Shown here: positions 53,417-62,694 of the stretch, one piece after another
Layout: each line of letters begins with the position of its first letter
Position numbering within the stretch: position 1 is the stretch's first letter
Assembly: GCA_018499905.2 (NCBI GenBank)
Contig: JAHBAU020000005.1
Location: forward strand, 2,136 to 66,135
Length of the DNA stretch: 64,000 nt
Reading direction: 5' to 3'
Origin: Candidatus Saccharimonadota bacterium
GTDB taxonomy: Bacteria; Patescibacteriota; Saccharimonadia; Saccharimonadales; AQU-01
Notes under the pieces: generated by a model
What the model was told of the DNA's origin: nothing
The model's input: the letters and a program-made list of their open reading frames with translations, nothing else
Databases searched by the model: none
Program-made: the position numbers and the translations under genes

Positions 53417-54157
53417 CTAACCTTTGTCGATAACCATCCCGGCAGAGGCTTGGGCGAGCGCCATGATTTCGATGTTGTCGATGTTGACGTGTGGCGGCTG
53501 GTCAATGACCCATTTGACGGTGTTGGCGATGTCCTCGGGTTTTAAGGGCTTCCAGCCAGCATAAAAGTCTTTGCCTTTTTGCTCATCTTTGAAGCGGACG
53601 CTGGCAAATTCGGTTTCGGCGGCGCCAGGTTCGATGTTCGTAACTTTGACTCCTGTGCCAAACAGGTCAGTGCGCAGTCCGCGCGAAAATTGCCAAACAA
53701 AGGCTTTGGTAGCACCATACACATTGCCGCCTTTGTACGGAACATGCCCGGCAACTGAACCAATGTTGATAATCTGCCCAGAACCACGGCTCACCATATC
53801 GCCGACCACCAGGCGTGTCATGCGGAGCAGGCCAGAGATGTTGGTATCGACCATCTGCTGCCAATTATCAAAATTCGCTTCTTGCGCCGGTTCCATGCCC
53901 AAGGCAAAACCGGCGTTATTGACTAGCACATCGATGTTCTTGAAATCAGCAGGCAGGGAATTGTAAAAATCCTTAACTTGTTGAGGATTGGTCACATCAA
54001 CCGCAGCCACGTAAACGTTATCGCCAAGTGATTTCTGTAACTCATCCAGTCTTTCTTGCCGCCGCGCCAGTAATATCAACTTATTATCATTTGCCAAAAG
54101 TTTGGCCGTCGCCAGACCAAAGCCAGCCGTCGCACCTGTGATTAGAATGGTTCTCAT
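53417..54157 (-). CDS. Short-chain dehydrogenase/reductase (YdfG-like NADP-dependent)
   Basis: TGATAGFG, NNAG, YGATK. Confidence 0.85.
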   Translation of the reverse strand: MRTILITGATAGFGLATAKLLANDNKLILLARRQERLDELQKSLGDNVYVAAVDVTNPQQVKDFYNSLPADFKNIDVLVNNAGFALGMEPAQEANFDNWQQMVDTNISGLLRMTRLVVGDMVSRGSGQIINIGSVAGHVPYKGGNVYGATKAFVWQFSRGLRTDLFGTGVKVTNIEPGAAETEFASVRFKDEQKGKDFYAGWKPLKPEDIANTVKWVIDQPPHVNIDNIEIMALAQASAGMVIDKG

Positions 54158-54216
54158 GTCATCAATCATGTACGAAATAGAGTTTTGAGGCAAGCGCGGT
54201 AGCGTAGAATAAGGGT

Positions 54217-54585
54217 ATGATTACCAAATTCTTACACACTGCGTTTACAGTTAACGACCTTGACGCGGCGATTGCGCAGTACGCATCACTGGGCTTTAAG
54301 TTACAAAAGCAATTTGAGAAGCCCGAGCCGCACGCTATGGTTGCACATGTCGCCAATGCAGAGGGTATAACGTTTGAAATCTGGCAATTTATTGATTCGC
54401 AGCACCCACAGGTTGAATTCATCAAACGACACATTGCTTTTGAATCTGATAATCTTGAGGTAGACCTTACAAAGTACAAAGAATTAGGGTTTGAAGAAGT
54501 AATTCCAATAACACAGGGCGTATCCATGAGATATGCATTCGTTCGTGATCAAAGTGGAAACTGCATAGAAATCGGCCAGCGTTAG
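54217..54585 (+). CDS. Glyoxalase/VOC family protein
   Basis: 122 aa. The HTAFTVNDLD...HIAFESDNLE...CIEI pattern fits paired beta-alpha-beta-beta-beta modules. Confidence 0.75.
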   Translation: MITKFLHTAFTVNDLDAAIAQYASLGFKLQKQFEKPEPHAMVAHVANAEGITFEIWQFIDSQHPQVEFIKRHIAFESDNLEVDLTKYKELGFEEVIPITQGVSMRYAFVRDQSGNCIEIGQR

Positions 54586-54716
54586 CGTTACGGATAGTTT
54601 AGCCGTTGTCTTGTGCCGCTTATCACACACAAAACCATGAATTGAGCAGATGATGTAGCTAGAAAACAAACATGGTGGCTTCAATATGTTCGGTAATTAC
54701 ATATTAAGGAGGTGCT

Positions 54717-55124
54717 ATGACTTACAAAATCAACAAAAGGGTACTGGCTGTTTTGTTAACAGTTTGCAGTGTGGTTGCAATGCCAGTAGGGATTGCTTCT
54801 GCTCGGCCGACCGACGGCTTGGGCTCGGCTTCTTGTGCAGGTAGGTGGACTTTGACTACCAAAACCCAGAACACGACCAGGTTAACAGTTTACATGTGTA
54901 CAAACGGCTATGCTTTTGCACACGTTTCTAGCACACGAAAGGGTGGCATAGGCGCGTATATTCAGCGGTCAAATCCTTACGGATTCCAGAGTACCTGGAA
55001 TAGCTCGTCATATGCTGCGACATCACCAATGCTCTATTTGTACAAAGGTAGTTGCTTTGCCGCCTATGGCAACTCAATTGACGCCTCTGGCAGCATTTTA
55101 AAGCACAATTTCTGCGTCTATTAG
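54717..55124 (+). CDS. Small secreted Cys-containing protein, hypothetical
   Basis: AGGAGG RBS and signal peptide LAVLLTVCSVVAMPVGIASA. The mature part is about 105 aa, beta-rich, with 4 Cys. Confidence 0.55.
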   Translation: MTYKINKRVLAVLLTVCSVVAMPVGIASARPTDGLGSASCAGRWTLTTKTQNTTRLTVYMCTNGYAFAHVSSTRKGGIGAYIQRSNPYGFQSTWNSSSYAATSPMLYLYKGSCFAAYGNSIDASGSILKHNFCVY

Positions 55125-55179
55125 ACAGTAGACGACTGCAGTAAAGTCGTCCAAGCACTAAAGCTGCTATGATACTGGC

Positions 55180-55707
55180 ATGGAACACAATCACCATGCC
55201 CACAACATGATTTCAGCCGAAAGTTCTGCAAAAGAATACGCTAAATTTGCGATCGTTGTAGCTGCGATTACCGTTTTGTCCTATGTTTTATTTTTACAGT
55301 TTGGCGAGGCGGGGTTGCAGGGCTATTTGCGATCGTTCATGGGTATCTTCTTTATTGTGTTTGCGACGTTTAAGTTTATTGGCTACGAAATGTTTGCCGT
55401 GATGTATGCCGGCTATGATATTGTTGCCAAACGCTTTCGGCCGTATGCCTACGCCTACCCATTTATTGAGCTGGGGCTTGGTCTGTTGTACGTGTTTGAT
55501 GTCATGCCGAACGGTCGTGATCTTTTGACACTTGTAATCATGGCCATAGGTTCAATTGGCGTTGCGCAAGAGATGAAAAAGCGCAGCGGCATTCATTGTG
55601 CTTGTCTCGGCAACGTCATCAAGCTGCCCTTAAGCACGGTGAGCTTAGTCGAAGATGTAGGCATGGGCCTAATGGCGGCAGTTATGCTAGCCTTGCGAGC
55701 GATGTAA
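55180..55707 (+). CDS. MauE/DoxX-like membrane protein
   Basis: His-rich N-terminus (MEHNHHAHN), 4-5 TM, and CACLG motif (IHCACLGNVIKLPLS) as in MauE-family proteins. Confidence 0.55.
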   Translation: MEHNHHAHNMISAESSAKEYAKFAIVVAAITVLSYVLFLQFGEAGLQGYLRSFMGIFFIVFATFKFIGYEMFAVMYAGYDIVAKRFRPYAYAYPFIELGLGLLYVFDVMPNGRDLLTLVIMAIGSIGVAQEMKKRSGIHCACLGNVIKLPLSTVSLVEDVGMGLMAAVMLALRAM

Positions 55708-55718
55708 GATGTATCTAC

Positions 55719-56438
55719 ATGATAGGCATCAAGACATTTGAAGTAGTACGTGAGCATTGCCCAGAAGGAGTACTGTTTCATTGGCGCTGCGAGCTGCGTG
55801 AAGCGACTGAACTTTTGTTTGTACCCGAGCCATGTTACGAGCTGATCGTCGCCGCCTCAGGCCAGCTAGTTCTACCCCAAGCACACCTCAGTATGCCGAG
55901 GTATGTGTATCGTAATCCTGGCAGCCAGACATTTCGGTTGCAGACCATGAGCCGGGTTGAACTATTCGGTACAAGATTTTCGATGGACTCGACATACGGT
56001 AGTCAGCTCATGAACCCAATCGCCATACTAGCTGAGCGCTTTGATGCGTATGCAAACTTTGAAGACTATGTACAACAAGTTAACAAACGCGTAATTGCAC
56101 ATGTGCCACGTACTGCTCCAGAATCTTTGGGCTTTTCAGACAGGACACTTCGTCGCAACTTTAAAAAACGTTATGGTATTTCGTCCCGCGCGCTAGCCCG
56201 TCTGCAAAAGATCAATGCGTACATGGCTAGTGAATGTCAGACGGTGACGCGCCCAATTATGAGCGGCTCCATTGATTACGCTCGTTATTATGATCAACCA
56301 CACTTTATACGGACGTTTCGGCAAGTAGTCGGTATGACACCAAAAGAATTCTTTGCCGTGTTTGATGGTTTGCCCGAGCAGCTGTTGGCCGCATCGTACA
56401 ATTATAATCATCACAGGATTGATACATTACAAAAGTAA
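55719..56438 (+). CDS. AraC-family transcriptional regulator
   Basis: C-terminal HTH_18: SDRTLRRNFKKRYGISSRALARLQKI...YYDQPHFIRTFRQVVGMTPKEF. Start set at MIGIKTF, after the upstream stop. Confidence 0.8.
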   Translation: MIGIKTFEVVREHCPEGVLFHWRCELREATELLFVPEPCYELIVAASGQLVLPQAHLSMPRYVYRNPGSQTFRLQTMSRVELFGTRFSMDSTYGSQLMNPIAILAERFDAYANFEDYVQQVNKRVIAHVPRTAPESLGFSDRTLRRNFKKRYGISSRALARLQKINAYMASECQTVTRPIMSGSIDYARYYDQPHFIRTFRQVVGMTPKEFFAVFDGLPEQLLAASYNYNHHRIDTLQK

Positions 56439-56448
56439 AGGAGAACTC

Positions 56449-56814
56449 ATGGCGCACACACAATCCAAAAACGATGTGGTGAACGAGTATATTAGCTCAC
56501 TCGATCCATCTGTTAAAGAATTGTTTTTATCAATCCGAGAGGTAGTTTTGGCAGTCTCGGGTGACCTGGAGGAAAGTATAAAATGGAAAAATTGCTTAGT
56601 GTATACAACTAGTCGTAATCTTATCCAAACGGTTGTCGGTAAAGGCAAAGTATCATTAATCTTCTTTGATGGTGCGGAAATTTCTGACAAATATCAACTG
56701 CTGGAAGGTGACGGAAAAAAGACCCGTACGATGCGATTAAACTCTGCAGAGTTTAATCAAGAAGCACTGAAAGATTATGTAAAGCAAGCGATAGTATTGG
56801 CAGGAGGCAAATAA
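56449..56814 (+). CDS. DUF1801 (YdhG-like) domain protein
   Basis: AAAGGAG RBS. VNEYISSLDPSVKELFLSIREVV...IKWKN pattern. Confidence 0.6.
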   Translation: MAHTQSKNDVVNEYISSLDPSVKELFLSIREVVLAVSGDLEESIKWKNCLVYTTSRNLIQTVVGKGKVSLIFFDGAEISDKYQLLEGDGKKTRTMRLNSAEFNQEALKDYVKQAIVLAGGK

Positions 56815-57119
56815 TGGGCAACTTTGTATCGATAATTACGCTTGAAACACCGACAGATGACATGACAGAGCTTCTAAAGCTTGTGCAAGAAACCCAACAC
56901 ATATTTGATAAGCAGCCTGGATTTAAAGGACGACGATTGCTGAAAAGCACGACACAGCACAAGCTTGTGCAAGTGGTCGAATGGGCCAGCGCAGAAGATA
57001 GTGCCGCTTGTATGATGTCGCCAGATTGGCAGGCCCAAGAAGGTGTGGCGTTTATGCAATTTGTGCAAGCCGGCAAAGCATCAATGCAACCAGAAGATTT
57101 TGTTGAGCAGACAAACTAA
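56814..57119 (+). CDS. Antibiotic-biosynthesis-monooxygenase (ABM)-like domain protein
   Basis: About 100 aa with ferredoxin-like fold signatures (FKGRRLLKSTTQHKLVQVVEWASAED). TAATG overlap with the upstream gene. Confidence 0.6.
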   Translation: MGNFVSIITLETPTDDMTELLKLVQETQHIFDKQPGFKGRRLLKSTTQHKLVQVVEWASAEDSAACMMSPDWQAQEGVAFMQFVQAGKASMQPEDFVEQTN

Positions 57120-57736
57120 CTGCTGAGGACCGGGCACTGTTTTATATAGCTTTGATCTGACAACACTTGCAAAATGGCCTGGGCGACTGAGGCGCGGCTA
57201 ATAAAGGTTTTGGCTGGGCCATGTTCGGTGAGGGTAAAGTTACCGGCTTTTTGATTAGTCAGTTTAAGCACCCGGATGACGGTCCAGTTCAGGGCGGATG
57301 ACTGTAATACTTTGATGTAATCAACGCCGTCCTGGATGCGTTTTGGATCAATCAGGCCAATGCTTGCGTTCATAACACGGTCAATAAGGGAAATGATGTC
57401 ATCGGGCTGGCGAGCGCCGCTGCCAGTTAGGCTGACCAGCCGTTTGACGCCAGCTTGTTCCATAACCTCTGCTAAGAGCTTCATGGCATCTGTTTGCATG
57501 TTGGCCGGTGTGCCGCGGACATGCCCAAGCAAGCTCACCACAGCATCCTGACCCATAACGGTTGCCGACAATTGATCTTTGATCGTTACGTCACAGGTGA
57601 CAACACGAAGGTTTGGCTGTTCTTTGAACGGATTTTGCCGCCGAACCCCTGCAGTCACCTCATGCCCGGCAGCCAGCGCAGCCGCCACAAAGGCCCGCCC
57701 ACTCTTGCCACTTGCACCAAGTACGGCAACCTTCAT
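57116..57736 (-). CDS. NAD(P)H-binding (NmrA/atypical SDR) protein
   Basis: MKVAVLGASGKSG Rossmann motif. Confidence 0.8.
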   Translation of the reverse strand: MKVAVLGASGKSGRAFVAAALAAGHEVTAGVRRQNPFKEQPNLRVVTCDVTIKDQLSATVMGQDAVVSLLGHVRGTPANMQTDAMKLLAEVMEQAGVKRLVSLTGSGARQPDDIISLIDRVMNASIGLIDPKRIQDGVDYIKVLQSSALNWTVIRVLKLTNQKAGNFTLTEHGPAKTFISRASVAQAILQVLSDQSYIKQCPVLSS

Positions 57737-57740
57737 TTGC

Positions 57741-58292
57741 TTATTTTGCCCGACGCGTTCGTGGTCGCTGTAGAACCAATACAATCAACATGGCTAATAA
57801 ACCGGTCGTGATGCCAAAAACAAGCTTTTTAGCATCAATGCCGACTGCAATAATTGCGCCGTAAACACCCGTAAATATACCTCCAAGAGCCAGGCCTTCG
57901 CCTATGACACCGTTCTTGCGAAGCACAAAAATACCGGCAGCGTATGAGACGACTCCACTGAATGCAGCAATCATTGTGGTTTTGTTCTTGAAATTTTTGT
58001 CTGCCTGGTTGTACGCATCTAATTTTGACTGGAACTCCTGTCCTTGCTTGGCGCTTTTTTCGTTGTACTCCTCGATTTCTTTTTCGTACGCCTTTTGCTT
58101 TTCGGCATAGGCATGCTGTTCTTCGTAGGTATATAGGTAGGCTTGATAAGCTGGTGCGGCTGGATACTGCAAGTAGTCGGGACTGTCTGGATATTTGGGA
58201 GCACTCAGAAATGACCACAGGCCAAAGCCTATAAAGCAAGCGACAGCTAGTCCAATAAGCACGGAATAAATAAATTCAATGAACGCTTTCAT
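57741..58292 (-). CDS. Hypothetical membrane protein (1 N-terminal and 3 C-terminal TM, charged coiled middle)
   Basis: 183-aa ORF. No recognised domain. Confidence 0.55.
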   Translation of the reverse strand: MKAFIEFIYSVLIGLAVACFIGFGLWSFLSAPKYPDSPDYLQYPAAPAYQAYLYTYEEQHAYAEKQKAYEKEIEEYNEKSAKQGQEFQSKLDAYNQADKNFKNKTTMIAAFSGVVSYAAGIFVLRKNGVIGEGLALGGIFTGVYGAIIAVGIDAKKLVFGITTGLLAMLIVLVLQRPRTRRAK

Positions 58293-58435
58293 AGTGCCTT
58301 TCTTTTACTACCTCTCACTTTACTGTCCGGGCGCATAGCGCACAAGCACCAACTATCATAATCTCAGCTTTATCTCAGACAACTAACTATAATTAGTGTA
58401 GTATTAAGAAGTTAATAAGCGAGGGCTCTAACAAA

Positions 58436-58993
58436 GTGCAACCAGAAAAATCTAATCGAAATCAGAAAATTATTGCGTCGTTAGCCATTTTTGCAGCAAT
58501 GGCCATCATCGTCTTTGGGGTCAGCGCCTTTTCGGGCGATTCAGGGTCTGATAGCTCGGTCGCAACAGCTACCGAAACCGAAACAACTTTGTCTGAACAG
58601 ACCAGCACTACACCCACAACGACCGAGGAAACAACTACCACGCCCGCTAATCCACCGGCAGCTTCTACCGTATCACCGCCTGCCGCTGCCACAACAAAGT
58701 ACAAAAACGGCACCTACACCGCCACCGGCAGCTATAGCACGCCGGAAAGCACCGAAACAATTAGTATCAGCCTGACCGTAGAAAACGATGTAGTGACGGC
58801 GACTTCTGCACAAAACACTGCCAAAGACCGCGAATCAAAAGAATATCAAGCAGATTTCATCAGCGGTTATAAAGCCCAGGTTATCGGCAAGGCGCTAGCC
58901 AGCCTTAATTTGGGAAATGTTTCCGGATCGTCACTAACTCCTATAGGATTTAATAATGCAGTCGCCAAAATCCGCACCCAGGCTCAGTCCTGA
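58436..58993 (+). CDS. Membrane-anchored FMN-binding domain protein (flavinylation substrate candidate)
   Basis: N-terminal TM, Thr/Pro linker, and NGTYTATGSYSTPES...ISISLTVENDVV. SG-x-[ST]-type site NVSGSSLT near the C-terminus. Confidence 0.6.
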   Translation: MQPEKSNRNQKIIASLAIFAAMAIIVFGVSAFSGDSGSDSSVATATETETTLSEQTSTTPTTTEETTTTPANPPAASTVSPPAAATTKYKNGTYTATGSYSTPESTETISISLTVENDVVTATSAQNTAKDRESKEYQADFISGYKAQVIGKALASLNLGNVSGSSLTPIGFNNAVAKIRTQAQS

Positions 58994-59855
58994 TCAATCA
59001 GTTTTAACGTTTGAAGCCATTGGTACACAGTGGAAGATTGAGTTGGATGCGCTTCCTAAAAAGGCTCTGAACAATCTATTCAAAGTTATCAAGGCCAGAA
59101 TTGCTGAGTTTGACAAAGTCTATTCCCGGTTTCGCAAAGATTCGCTTGTGGCTGACATGGCGCGCCGGGCGGGCGAATACGAATTGCCAGCAGACGCCGA
59201 GCCAATGATAAAGCTATATGACAAACTGTACGCAGTGACCGACGGGCGTATGACGCCAGCCATTGGTGATGTGTTGGAAGCGGCCGGGTACGATGCCGAC
59301 TATAGCCTGAAACCAGGCGAGGTTGAATCGCCACCAGCCTGGCCAGACGTGGCGACCTACAAACCGCCAATGCTAACACTAAACCAACCTGTTTGTTTAG
59401 ATTTCGGCGCCGCTGGTAAAGGCTATCTGGTGGATATTATTGCCGACTTACTTACAGATACTGAAGGCGTTGAGCAATTTTGCATCAATGCCGGCGGTGA
59501 CATTGTCTGCCGTGGCCCCGAACCAACCCGCATCGCCTTAGAGCATCCTGAGCATCCGGCACTGGGTATTGGCGTGGTGACCATAACCAACATGAGCCTG
59601 TGTGGCTCGGCGGGTAATCGGCGGCAGTGGAGCGGCTATCATCACGTGATTGACCCAATAAAACTTGTATCGCCCAACCATCGCAAAGCAGTCTGGGTTG
59701 TGGCCGAGAATGGTTTGTTGGCCGATGGTTTGAGTACGGCACTGTATTTTGTTGAACCGGCAGAACTAGCCAAGCATTTTACGTTTGAATACGCTATTGT
59801 TAATGAAGACATGTCACTCAACTATTCACCAAATTTTCCGGCGGAGTTTTTCTAA
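58956..59855 (+). CDS. apbE: FAD:protein FMN transferase ApbE
   Basis: FEAIGTQWKI and DFGAAGKGYLVD motifs. Start uncertain (38-nt overlap with the upstream gene). Confidence 0.85.
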   Translation: MQSPKSAPRLSPDQSVLTFEAIGTQWKIELDALPKKALNNLFKVIKARIAEFDKVYSRFRKDSLVADMARRAGEYELPADAEPMIKLYDKLYAVTDGRMTPAIGDVLEAAGYDADYSLKPGEVESPPAWPDVATYKPPMLTLNQPVCLDFGAAGKGYLVDIIADLLTDTEGVEQFCINAGGDIVCRGPEPTRIALEHPEHPALGIGVVTITNMSLCGSAGNRRQWSGYHHVIDPIKLVSPNHRKAVWVVAENGLLADGLSTALYFVEPAELAKHFTFEYAIVNEDMSLNYSPNFPAEFF

Positions 59856-61376
59856 ATGAACCCGCTGAAGGCCGTTGACGAACTGCTCAACAGCATCACA
59901 ATGTATCGATTATTGGTATATGCCCTGAGTAGCCTGGCGTTGATTGCAATTGTCTTTTCGTTTACCGGCGTGTTAACGCTGTCGGGCCCAGGTCTCAGCT
60001 TGTCATTGAGTACGCTGCTAGTTGTCTGCTTTGCGGTCAACTGGGCGCTTGCAAAGGTTTGGCGGGCGATGCCCTCAACCGAGTCATGGCTCATTACGGC
60101 ACTCATCTTGTTCTTTATATTACCGCCGACGAACACTGCTGCCCGTTTCTTAGGTTTAGTCGGTGTGGGCATACTGGCGATGGCTTCCAAGTATCTGTTA
60201 GCCTTCCGCCGAAAGCATATTTTTAATCCGGCAGCGATTGCGCTGGTTATTGGCAGTTTGCTGGAAATCAGCTCGGCTATCTGGTGGGTTGGTAATAAAA
60301 CAATGTTTCCGCTGCTAGCATTTGTCGGCATTTTAATCCTTAGAAAACTGCGCCATGTCACCCTGGCGTTGGTTTTCGTCGCTGCTACGCTCATTACGGT
60401 AGTTTTATTTAACTTAGACAGTGATTTAGGTCTTAGCTCCGTGCTGCAAACCGCAGTTATGTCGTCACCGCTCGTATTCTTGGGTGCAATCATGCTGACC
60501 GAACCGGCTACCATGCCGTCAACCAAAGGTTGGCGGCTTGTCTTTGCAGCGCTGGTCGGCGTGGTGTCAGTCGCCGAGGTGAGTATTTTAGACCGGTCAA
60601 TCACAGCAGAAATGGCACTTGTGGCAGGCAACGCGCTAGCCTTTATGGTCAGTCCGCGTTACAAAACGATTCTGGAGTTTGTGCGGCGTCAGCCAGTTGC
60701 ACCGGGCAGTACCGTGTACGACTACGTCTTTAAATCATCAGAAAAGCTGGCATTTCAACCAGGGCAATACATGGAGCTGACACTGCCACACACTAAGCCT
60801 GATACGCGTGGCAATCGCCGGGTCTTTACCATTGCCTCATCGCCAACAGAAAACGATGTCCATTTTGGCATCAAAATTAACGAGCAGACGAGCAGTTTTA
60901 AGCGTGCCTTGCAAACACTCGTGCCAGGACAGAAACTTATTGGCGGCCAAATTGCCGGTGGCTTTGTGCTGTCCAAGAAAACTGAGGAAAAGCTACTGAT
61001 GATCGCTGGTGGGATTGGTGTTACACCGTTTCGAAGTATGGCCAAACACCTGATTGATAGTAACGAGTCACGTGACGCGGTGCTGTTTTATATGATTGCT
61101 AGTCCAAGCGAGCTAGCCTTTAAAGATGTGTTTACCGAAGCTGGCAGCCATGGGCTTAAAACGATGCCGGTATTATCAGGTGAAGCCCCACAAGATTGGA
61201 AGGGCATGACCGGACCACTGTCTGCTGACGATTTTCAAAAAGTTGTGCCAGACCTCAAACATAGGCGCGTCTATATCTCCGGCCCGCCGGGAATGGTTGA
61301 TGCCTATAAGAAAATCCTGGTACGGGCAGGCGTGCCACGCACCAGGATTGTTACCGATCACTTTTCAGGCTACTAA
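59856..61376 (+). CDS. Fusion of an RnfD/NqrB-like membrane domain with an FNR-like FAD/NAD(P)H oxidoreductase domain
   Basis: HIFNPAA in a polytopic N-terminal half. RVFTIASSP (FAD) and MIAGGIGVTPF (NAD) in the C-terminal half. Confidence 0.75.
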   Translation: MNPLKAVDELLNSITMYRLLVYALSSLALIAIVFSFTGVLTLSGPGLSLSLSTLLVVCFAVNWALAKVWRAMPSTESWLITALILFFILPPTNTAARFLGLVGVGILAMASKYLLAFRRKHIFNPAAIALVIGSLLEISSAIWWVGNKTMFPLLAFVGILILRKLRHVTLALVFVAATLITVVLFNLDSDLGLSSVLQTAVMSSPLVFLGAIMLTEPATMPSTKGWRLVFAALVGVVSVAEVSILDRSITAEMALVAGNALAFMVSPRYKTILEFVRRQPVAPGSTVYDYVFKSSEKLAFQPGQYMELTLPHTKPDTRGNRRVFTIASSPTENDVHFGIKINEQTSSFKRALQTLVPGQKLIGGQIAGGFVLSKKTEEKLLMIAGGIGVTPFRSMAKHLIDSNESRDAVLFYMIASPSELAFKDVFTEAGSHGLKTMPVLSGEAPQDWKGMTGPLSADDFQKVVPDLKHRRVYISGPPGMVDAYKKILVRAGVPRTRIVTDHFSGY

Positions 61377-61378
61377 AT

Positions 61379-61502
61379 CAGACATCGCGCGTCCAGCACC
61401 TTTTCGGCGAAAAACTTCGGTTCGCTCTCACCGTACCGTAAAGTACGGCTCGATTACGATCCTCGCTTTTCATCCGAAAATGCACTAAACGCGCGATGTC
61501 TG
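61379..61502. repeat. 124-nt element bounded by a 14-bp perfect inverted repeat, with three internal hairpins
   Basis: CAGACATCGCGCGT (61379-61392) pairs with ACGCGCGATGTCTG (61489-61502). Inner stems are TTTTCG/CGAAAA, CCGTAC/GTACGG and TTTTC/GAAAA. Confidence 0.75.
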
Positions 61503-61514
61503 CGGTCTCTACTA

Positions 61515-62051
61515 TTACTTCGTAAACCGCATGTGGAACACGCCCATGATGACGAGTAGGGCCATCATGCTGGCGCCAGCTAGAGAAATCCAGGCGGCTG
61601 CATGGGCTAGCTCACCAAATGTCCAGAAGGCATAACCATCACCGAGCAAAAGTCCGCGCAGTGTCTCACCCTGGAACAGCAATTCCTTTTGCGTCTTCAG
61701 TGTCTGGTTGGTAGGGTCTTTTCGTGCTTCGGCACTGACCTCAGAGTATGTCTTGCCGCCAGCGATATCTTCTAGGTGTCGGCCGATATAACCATTGGCA
61801 TAAGCCTTGGCCTTAATGCCATCGTCAACCTGTTGTCCGGCGTATTTCTGAAGGTCCGGGTACTCATTAGGATCCAATTCAGACGGGAAATAAATTTTTT
61901 GGGCTGATAATTCATTACGTACGTTATCTTTGGCGAACTGTCCGCCCCACCAGGCAACTACGCCAACTGCTAGTAGCACCGCAGTCGACACTGTTCCTAG
62001 CAAAACTAATACGGCGTCGACAGTGCGACGATCTACTTTACTCTTTGCCAT
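61515..62051 (-). CDS. Hypothetical 2-TM membrane protein with periplasmic-type middle domain
   Basis: 178-aa ORF with TM helices at both ends. Confidence 0.55.
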   Translation of the reverse strand: MAKSKVDRRTVDAVLVLLGTVSTAVLLAVGVVAWWGGQFAKDNVRNELSAQKIYFPSELDPNEYPDLQKYAGQQVDDGIKAKAYANGYIGRHLEDIAGGKTYSEVSAEARKDPTNQTLKTQKELLFQGETLRGLLLGDGYAFWTFGELAHAAAWISLAGASMMALLVIMGVFHMRFTK

Positions 62052-62123
62052 ATCTATACCCTCTCTATTAAGGCTTATGCTTGTATGAACATCATTATAT
62101 GACTATTGGCAAGAATCATCCAC

Positions 62124-62155
62124 AAAAAAACAGCCCCTTCGGTAAGAAGGAGCTG
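62124..62155 (-). terminator. Intrinsic terminator of the RRM gene
   Basis: Minus strand reads CAGCTCCTTC-TTACC-GAAGGGGCTG followed by TTTTTTT. Confidence 0.8.
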
Positions 62156-62178
62156 CTTGAAGGTGCTTTAGCGGTAAA

Positions 62179-62475
62179 TTACCAGCTTCGGCCACCGCCG
62201 TTGCCACCAAAATCGCGGCGCGGACGGTCTTCACGGGGGCGAGCTTCGTTGACCGTAATGCTACGGCCACCCATGTCGCTACCGTTCAGAGCTTTTTCGG
62301 CAGCCTTGCCTTCGTCGTCGTTTTCAAACTCGACAAAGCCAAAACCTTTGCTGCGGCCGGTGTCGCGGTCTTTGACGACCACAGCGCTGGCAACAGTACC
62401 GTGCTGGCTGAATGCTTGAGCCAACTCTTCATCAGTGGTGCTAAAAGGCAATCCACCTACAAACAATTTGTACAT
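62179..62475 (-). CDS. RRM-type RNA-binding protein with Gly/Arg-rich tail
   Basis: RNP2 KLFVGGLPF, RNP1 KGFGFVEF, tail RRDFGGNGGGRSW. Confidence 0.85.
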   Translation of the reverse strand: MYKLFVGGLPFSTTDEELAQAFSQHGTVASAVVVKDRDTGRSKGFGFVEFENDDEGKAAEKALNGSDMGGRSITVNEARPREDRPRRDFGGNGGGRSW

Positions 62476-62694
62476 TTAATCTCTTCTTTCCATAATTTAT
62501 GGCGCAGTACGACCTTCCTTACTATCTCTGCCATAGATTGTGGATCGAACGTACATTCAGGGTTGACCGAGAACATACTTGTTTTGACACTTTCATACGC
62601 ACAAGAACAGATAAGACCTGCTTAAGCATCATTTAAACACATACTGAGTAAAATCACAAGTAACAGCGCTGTGTAAGGTAATTGCAAAATAATG

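Noticed and set aside
59852-60631. 259-aa ORF on the minus strand inside the RnfD-FNR gene
   Set aside because: It is fully antisense to a plus-strand gene with clear motifs (HIFNPAA, RVFTIASSP). Its product is Ser/Thr/Ala-rich low complexity, and there is no RBS. Treated as a shadow ORF.
62081-62419. 112-aa plus-strand ORF overlapping the RRM gene
   Set aside because: It is antisense to a gene with canonical RNP motifs, its product is Pro/Arg/Ser-rich, and it begins inside the RRM gene's terminator.
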